DNA from: an uncultured Bacilli bacterium | GTDB lineage: Bacteria > Bacillota_I > Bacilli_A > RF39 > UBA660 | Direction of reading: 5' to 3' | Assembly: GCA_934086185.1 (NCBI GenBank) | Contig: CAKOHW010000002.1 | Span: 31,377 to 95,376 of the forward strand | Length of the DNA: 64,000 nucleotides | Part shown: positions 58,234-64,000 of the stretch, piece after piece | Numbering within the stretch: the first letter of the stretch is position 1 | How the letters are laid out: each line of letters opens with the position of its first letter | Notes under the pieces: generated by a model | Told to the model about the DNA's origin: nothing | What the model saw: only the letters and a program-made list of their open reading frames with translations | Database searches by the model: none | Program-made: the position numbers and the translations under genes

Positions 58234-59027
58234 TTTTTATCACCTAACTTATATATAGTTTTCTTATTCATAAAACCATCATCACTCATATCAAAATCAC
58301 CAGTATTTATATAATTAACCATATCATCAAAAGAAGATCCAAAAGGATATATCAAATAATACATAATATTATTATCATTAAACTTATTTAAATACTTATA
58401 TATATTAAAATACGTATTATTAAAAAATACACTACCTAAATCATATTCTCTAACTAAAAACTCACACTTACTAATATTATCTCTAATAATAACTTCATTA
58501 TCTTTTTTAATATTAAAATAATCATCAAAATTACTTAATAGATGTCTTCTAGAATACATAATATTATTCTTACCAAATACATTTAAAATAATAGGTCTAT
58601 TTACATTATCTATTATATTTTTAACTTCTTCAAATGTAAGTTCATTACTAATAACAACACTATTAACTAACGATAACCAATTATTTATAGATAATATATT
58701 AGTAGCAAAATGATTTTGATTCCATATCAACTTTATATTACAATCTTTAAGTATATTATATACCCCAATATCTTCAAATATAATACCATCAAAATTATTT
58801 AATAACGGAACAATATTCTTAAATTTATCTATATCACTAGAATTAAATATTCTATTTATTAACAAATACTTATTACAATCTAAATCTTTTATATCATTAA
58901 TATCAAAACTATTATAACCAATACTAAAATAATTAACTGCAAAAAGAAAATTGTTTATACCAATTTTCTTATATTTATCTATATCACTTAAATTTTCTAT
59001 ATTAATTAATATCTTGTTTTTTTTCAT
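58230..59027 (-). CDS. peptidase U32 family protein (YrrN-like, divergent)
   Basis: Called from its position between the O-methyltransferase and the YrrO-like gene, with weak U32 similarity. Confidence 0.6.
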   Translation of the reverse strand: MKKNKILINIENLSDIDKYKKIGINNFLFAVNYFSIGYNSFDINDIKDLDCNKYLLINRIFNSSDIDKFKNIVPLLNNFDGIIFEDIGVYNILKDCNIKLIWNQNHFATNILSINNWLSLVNSVVISNELTFEEVKNIIDNVNRPIILNVFGKNNIMYSRRHLLSNFDDYFNIKKDNEVIIRDNISKCEFLVREYDLGSVFFNNTYFNIYKYLNKFNDNNIMYYLIYPFGSSFDDMVNYINTGDFDMSDDGFMNKKTIYKLGDKK

Positions 59028-59619
59028 TTCTTTTAAAGCTTACTGATAAGCCATCTCCTATATCATAAAATTTAGTTATATATTCTTTATTATTTTTTAA
59101 GTACTCTATATAATTTTCTATTTTATTTACTATACCTCTAACATTTTTAGATTTTATTAATTCTTTATTTTTAACTAAACCATGAAACTTTAAGTTATCA
59201 GTTATAATTACTCCACCTGGATTTAAATAATTACAAAATTTATCAAAATATTTTATATATTGTCCTTTAGCAGCATCTATAAATATTAAATCATATTTAC
59301 ATCCAGATAAATTAACTTCCATAGCATCATTATATACTAATTCTATTCTCTTATCCAAACCACTCTTATTAACATTCTTAACTGCTTCTTTATATCTTTT
59401 TTCATCTCTTTCAATAGTAGTTATTTCACAAAAATTATTTGCATTAGCCATAAGTATAGCTGAATACCCTATTGCAGTACCAATTTCCAATATACTTTTA
59501 ACTTTATTCATTTTTATATATTTCATTATAAATTTAATTGAATCTAATTCTATTATAGGAACATTGTTCATACTTGCATAATGTTCCATCTCTAAAATTA
59601 ATTCTTTCATAACATTCAC
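59002..59619 (-). CDS. SAM-dependent O-methyltransferase (YrrM-like)
   Basis: ILEIGTAIGYSAILMA SAM motif and DLIFIDAAKGQY. Confidence 0.8.
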   Translation of the reverse strand: MNVMKELILEMEHYASMNNVPIIELDSIKFIMKYIKMNKVKSILEIGTAIGYSAILMANANNFCEITTIERDEKRYKEAVKNVNKSGLDKRIELVYNDAMEVNLSGCKYDLIFIDAAKGQYIKYFDKFCNYLNPGGVIITDNLKFHGLVKNKELIKSKNVRGIVNKIENYIEYLKNNKEYITKFYDIGDGLSVSFKRNEKKQDIN

Positions 59620-59628
59620 TCCCCACTA

Positions 59629-60705
59629 CTAATATGTATACCATTTACCTTCGCTTTTTAATTTGCTAACTGTTTCAGCATGTTCACTTTCAGTTTTACT
59701 AAAATATGTATTCTTATCTTTATCGGCAACAAAATAATAATAATCATTTTCTTCAGGTTCTATAACTGCGGCTATACTAGATAAACTAGGATTACATATT
59801 GGACCTACAGGTAATGCATTAACACAATTACCTCTAGTATTATAACCATTACAACTATTTAAATCATTCCAAGTTAATTCATTAGAAAAATCTTTATTTA
59901 CAGCATAATAAGTTGTAACATCACTACCTAATCTAATATTAGAATTTAATCTATTATAAAATACACCAGCAACACCACGTCTATCATTACTATTTACACC
60001 CTCTAACTCAACAATACTAGCTAAAGTTAAATATTGATGCACACTGTATTTACCAATCTCTATTTCATCTTTATATGTACTTAACTTACTATCTAAATTA
60101 CCTAAAAATTTATCTATAATATCTTCTATAGTACTATTTTTCTTAAATTCATAAGTATCTGGATACAAATACCCTTCTAAAGGAACATAAACTTCTTCAT
60201 TTAATATATCTTCACTTAAAAACCAATACTTATCTATTAATGTTTCTAAATAATTTTTATTACTTATCTTACTTTTAATATCTTCTTCACTAATATTAAA
60301 TACTTCAGATATTTGTTTTATATATGTACTAACTCTTTTACCTTCTATAAATGTTATAGTAATAGTCTCATTCTCTATATTATCTTGATTAGCAATCATA
60401 TTAATAATTTCATTAGTACTCATATCTTTACTTAATTTATAAGTACCAGCATATAAATCTTTATCTAATACTTTAAGAATTACTTTAGCAAAAAACTCAC
60501 TTCTTATTAAATTCTTCTTTTTTAAATTCTTAACTATATCTACTTTACTAGTACCAGCCTCTATAGTAAATGATATAGTTTTATCACTATGACTATCTAC
60601 AGGAGAAACTTTATACAAGAATAATAACATAAAACTTACAAATATTATTACTAATATTATTAATGAACATAAAACAATTTTCTTAATTTTTTTATCCATT
60701 AACAT
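59629..60705 (-). CDS. mltG: endolytic murein transglycosylase MltG (YceG-like)
   Basis: N-terminal TM, LEGYLYPDTYEF and LASIVELEG motifs. Confidence 0.9.
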   Translation of the reverse strand: MLMDKKIKKIVLCSLIILVIIFVSFMLLFLYKVSPVDSHSDKTISFTIEAGTSKVDIVKNLKKKNLIRSEFFAKVILKVLDKDLYAGTYKLSKDMSTNEIINMIANQDNIENETITITFIEGKRVSTYIKQISEVFNISEEDIKSKISNKNYLETLIDKYWFLSEDILNEEVYVPLEGYLYPDTYEFKKNSTIEDIIDKFLGNLDSKLSTYKDEIEIGKYSVHQYLTLASIVELEGVNSNDRRGVAGVFYNRLNSNIRLGSDVTTYYAVNKDFSNELTWNDLNSCNGYNTRGNCVNALPVGPICNPSLSSIAAVIEPEENDYYYFVADKDKNTYFSKTESEHAETVSKLKSEGKWYTY

Positions 60706-60967
60706 CTTCCCCTTTATTATTTATACTAGAAAATATTTGTTCTATTATAGCCCATTCCTCATCAGTTTCTATAGTACCTAAACAACCATTATCTTTATTA
60801 CTATCATATGTATTAGCATAAACTTTTATATTTCCCATATCATCCTTAGTATTATCAGTATATACTATATAACTCTTATTAGTATCTTTACTATCAAAAG
60901 TAAATAAAACATCACATTCTATTTCTTCATTATTTTCATTCTTAACAATTATTTTACCTGTATCCAT
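60692..60967 (-). CDS. DUF1292-family protein
   Basis: ECDVLFTFDS…YIVYTD pattern. Sits between ruvX and mltG as in Bacillus (yrzB). Confidence 0.75.
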   Translation of the reverse strand: MDTGKIIVKNENNEEIECDVLFTFDSKDTNKSYIVYTDNTKDDMGNIKVYANTYDSNKDNGCLGTIETDEEWAIIEQIFSSINNKGEDVNG

Positions 60968-60971
60968 ATCA

Positions 60972-61385
60972 TTACCCTTTCTTACTCTTTAAAAATGTAT
61001 CTAATATAATACTTGCTGCATATGCATCTATTATTTTTTTACGTTTATATCTAGAAGTATCACTACTAAGTAATATATTTTCTGCTTCTCTAGTAGATAA
61101 TCTCTCATCTACTAAATATATAGGAATACTTATTTTTTCTTCTAACAAGTTTTTAAAATTAATACTTCTTTCACTAGCAAAACCTAAACTATTATTCATA
61201 TTCTTAGGTAAACCAAGTACTAATGCATCTATACCTTCTTCATCAATAATATTAATTACATCACTAACTAAAGAATTTATATCTTCATATCTTAATACTT
61301 TAAACGGACTAGCAATTATACCAAGTTTATCACTTATAGCTAATCCTAAAGTCTTAGTACCTAAATCTAATCCTAAATATTTCAT
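60972..61385 (-). CDS. ruvX: putative pre-16S rRNA nuclease / Holliday junction resolvase-like RuvX (YqgF)
   Basis: MKYLGLDLGTKTLGLAISD N-terminus, 137 aa. Confidence 0.9.
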   Translation of the reverse strand: MKYLGLDLGTKTLGLAISDKLGIIASPFKVLRYEDINSLVSDVINIIDEEGIDALVLGLPKNMNNSLGFASERSINFKNLLEEKISIPIYLVDERLSTREAENILLSSDTSRYKRKKIIDAYAASIILDTFLKSKKG

Positions 61386-61639
61386 AAATTCATTCTCATA
61401 TAATCTTTTAATACTATTTCTAATATTTTTTCTCTGTCAATACTAGTTATTTTATTTCTAGCATCTTCAAAACTAGTTATATACCCTGGATCACCAGTAA
61501 TTAAATACCCAATAATTTGACTTACAGGATTATATCCTCTACTTTCTAAACTTCTATAAACTTCAATTAATGTTTTACTAACTAATGCATTTTCTATTTC
61601 ACTTATTTTAAACATACTTGTTTTATCCATAATTAACAC
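61382..61639 (-). CDS. IreB-family (DUF965) regulatory phosphoprotein
   Basis: …VYRSLESRGYNPVSQIIGYLITGDPGYITS…, 85 aa, upstream of ruvX. Confidence 0.85.
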   Translation of the reverse strand: MLIMDKTSMFKISEIENALVSKTLIEVYRSLESRGYNPVSQIIGYLITGDPGYITSFEDARNKITSIDREKILEIVLKDYMRMNL

Positions 61640-61980
61640 TCCTAGTCAATATAATTTTAACATTATTAAGCAATAATCTCAATCTAAAATAAGAAAAAAA
61701 TTATATAACGTGAAATTTTATTTAAAAGTCCTCTTTAATAAAAAAACGAAATTAAGTTTGATTATTGTATAATATATCCTATAATTCTTTATACTTATAT
61801 AAGAAAAAATAAAAAATTTCTTTTTATTAAATTGTTACACAAAGAAATATGCTAATCTTATCAATTCAGAAAAAAAGAAAACATAATAAAAAGTATGAAT
61901 ACACTAACAACAAAATTGATAGAAGCAATCATACTTATCTTGAGTATTTTTCATACATAAATACAAACCTTTAAAACTAA

Positions 61981-62352
61981 TTAATCTTTTAAAATTACTA
62001 TTTTTTTTACATCAGATAATTTAGCTGGTTCACTTGGCAATATCACATCAGATGAAGTAATAATTACTTTTTGATTTACCTTTAATTTATCTGGTTTAAA
62101 ATCTTCATTATTATAAACTATTTTTGTGTTTTTATTTATTTCAAATTCATACTCTATAGTATATTCTTTCTTATTTTTATCATATTCTTCAACCAAGACT
62201 GTATATATATTATCATTTACAGTTACTTCTTTGATTTTTGCTTCAAAAACTAAATTTCTTTCCTTTAAAATATAATTTGTATATACAATATATCCTAATC
62301 CTACAAAAACAACTACTGCTATTATTATTTTTATTAGTAAATTTCTTTTCAT
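61981..62352 (-). CDS. membrane-anchored hypothetical protein (123 aa)
   Basis: N-terminal TM then a beta-rich domain. No motif. Confidence 0.5.
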   Translation of the reverse strand: MKRNLLIKIIIAVVVFVGLGYIVYTNYILKERNLVFEAKIKEVTVNDNIYTVLVEEYDKNKKEYTIEYEFEINKNTKIVYNNEDFKPDKLKVNQKVIITSSDVILPSEPAKLSDVKKIVILKD

Positions 62353-62391
62353 TTTTTTCCTCCTTTCTAAGTTAATTTATATAAACTTATG

Positions 62392-63726
62392 CTATAAGAA
62401 TCTATCCCAATAATATCTTCCAGTATTAGATAATGTATTAAAATGTTCTTTAATTTGCGAACTAATTAATTTTGCTTTTTTGTTTATTGGAGTTCCATCA
62501 TTATAATATGGTTTTTTTGTTGATCTAGTCATCATGTCGGAAAACAAAACAGCTCTATCTTCTAAATAATTTTGCCTTGAATAATATGATAAGAAATAAG
62601 CATCATTTGGATTTGAAAAATTAAAATCATAGGTACTATCATTAGAACCATAACTAAATCCTTCAGGATTATAGGATTTCATTATTTCCTCTAAATTTAA
62701 TGTCGGATTTTTTTGTTTCATATAAATATCAATATAGTGCATTAACTCATGATGTAAAGTATACTCAAATAAATTAGTGCCATTTGTTCCGATAGTTATC
62801 GTTATATTACTTTGATTTCTACCATCAGTCATTCCCGAATAATTTCCATATATTTTATTTACTATATATATTCTAAGAGAAACATTATTGTCACTCATTT
62901 CTTTAAAGAAATTATTTGGATATTTTCTTAATGTTACTTCTAATTCTTTTAAATATTTATTTATCTCATTATCATCATTTTGCTTTTCAGTATTTATAGA
63001 ACCTCCGATCAAATAATCACCGTATTCATCTTTATATATGATTTTAACTAAATACTTATTTTCTAATATTTTTCTATATTCATTATTTTTTTCTGCTTGA
63101 GTTTTTTCTATTACTGGAGTCTTTTCTTCAGATAAAATAGTATTTTCTTTATTTGTAATATTTGAATTCTGATTAGATTTATTAGTATTAGTACCACTAT
63201 TATTATTGTTTATATTAGTATTTGTTTTAGGCATTTCAGTATTAGAACTATTTTCTTTATTTTCTACTTTCTCCCATACTGCATAAAGAGTTATATCTTC
63301 TTCAAGTAATACTTTATCATAAATAGGAATTTCATTTTTATCAACCCATCCATTAAAAATATAACCGTCTCGTGTAGGATCTTTTGGAAGTGTAAGTTCA
63401 GTATTTTTATTTATAGTAATACTATCTATTTTATTTCCTTCTTTAGTATCAAAAGTTATTGTTATTGTATCTTTTTTATCTTCTTCCTTATTGTTTTTTA
63501 TAGAGCAAACATATTTGCTAGTTTTTAAAACTGTTTTAGTTTTACCATCAGAACATTTATAAGTATTTGTAAATATCCCTTTATCCTTATAAACAACAAA
63601 ACTATCATTATTATAATCTCTAATTTTAATTATAGGACTATTATTAAATGATAGAGCAACTATAAAGTCTAAAAATATTAAACCTATCATAGAACACAAT
63701 ATTATTATTATTTTTTTCTTCTTCAT
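62392..63726 (-). CDS. membrane-anchored protein with a Listeria-Bacteroides-type repeat and an HExxH metallopeptidase-like domain
   Basis: N-terminal TM, TRDGYIFNGW…ITLYAVW repeat, Asn-rich linker, TLHHELMHYID motif. Confidence 0.65.
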   Translation of the reverse strand: MKKKKIIIILCSMIGLIFLDFIVALSFNNSPIIKIRDYNNDSFVVYKDKGIFTNTYKCSDGKTKTVLKTSKYVCSIKNNKEEDKKDTITITFDTKEGNKIDSITINKNTELTLPKDPTRDGYIFNGWVDKNEIPIYDKVLLEEDITLYAVWEKVENKENSSNTEMPKTNTNINNNNSGTNTNKSNQNSNITNKENTILSEEKTPVIEKTQAEKNNEYRKILENKYLVKIIYKDEYGDYLIGGSINTEKQNDDNEINKYLKELEVTLRKYPNNFFKEMSDNNVSLRIYIVNKIYGNYSGMTDGRNQSNITITIGTNGTNLFEYTLHHELMHYIDIYMKQKNPTLNLEEIMKSYNPEGFSYGSNDSTYDFNFSNPNDAYFLSYYSRQNYLEDRAVLFSDMMTRSTKKPYYNDGTPINKKAKLISSQIKEHFNTLSNTGRYYWDRFL

Positions 63727-63898
63727 TATACCTCTCTCATAAATAATAAACGGAATATGATTTACTTCTTGTATAATAATTATATCATGAATTTTACAGT
63801 TTCAAAAAAATTTTTAATATAATTGTTTTTTATGTTTCAATAATTTAGAAAAAAAGAACAATATAAAATTGATCTTATTTATGAAATAAATTATTAAA

Positions 63899-64000
63899 TT
63901 AACATTTTCCACCGTTACCTTCAAAATATGATTCAATATATTTTACTAAAACTTTAGCCTTGTTAAACTGTTTATCTTTAATAACATTAATAATATAATT
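63899..64000 (-). CDS. 3' end of an unidentified gene (runs off the window end)
   Basis: Open reverse frame ending …YIESYFEGNGGKC-TAA (stop at 63899-63901). Confidence 0.3.
   Translation of the reverse strand, partial: NYIINVIKDKQFNKAKVLVKYIESYFEGNGGKC

Noticed and set aside
1-64000. Searched for rRNA, tRNA, tmRNA, CRISPR arrays, IS elements or transposases, integrases, prophage blocks and classical defence genes.
   Set aside because: I saw no cloverleaf-like GC-rich segments, no regularly spaced direct repeats, and no transposase-, integrase- or nuclease-like ORFs. The only phage-flavoured gene is the isolated DUF5131 ORF at 28285-29106, with no phage neighbours.

Overview
This is a very AT-rich chromosomal segment, coded almost entirely on the minus strand, from a spore-forming Firmicute. 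It uses the standard genetic code, with TGA clearly serving as a stop. The backbone is housekeeping: argS (partial), an LCP protein, rseP, cdsA, ssb, a type IIA topoisomerase B subunit, a T-box-controlled HD-valS operon, mtaB, yidD, rpsP, mutL, yqeH/yqeG, sigE-spoIIGA, ftsZ-ftsA, murT-gatD, greA, a U32 peptidase pair, mltG and ruvX.

Six dispersed paralogs (P1-P6, all minus strand) are embedded in this backbone. Each encodes a large exported protein with a SipW-type-looking N-terminal signal/anchor and a TasA/camelysin-like head. The stalk and C-terminal modules are shuffled between copies (three head types, four tail types), giving near-identical DNA blocks of about 0.7-1.3 kb at distant loci.

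The family travels with conserved non-coding modules:
- A back-to-back divergent promoter module.
- A leader hairpin plus U-tract (terminator-like). One copy carries a C10 homopolymer.
- Upstream of three paralogs, a roughly 230-nt element closed by a 22-25 bp long-range stem. It contains a conserved 29-30 codon hydrophobic ORF with a sequestered SD, and it is overlapped at its 3' end by a short convergent promoter-plus-terminator unit. I read this as a previously undescribed type I toxin-antitoxin-like module. The third copy is sequence-divergent but has the same architecture, with an in-frame TGA.

Also present are an orphan PilB/GspE-type ATPase next to P1 and two small kinase-fold ORFs next to P5 and P6. 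I found no rRNA, tRNA, CRISPR array, IS element or recombinase. All homology statements come from motif recognition by eye, not from database searches.
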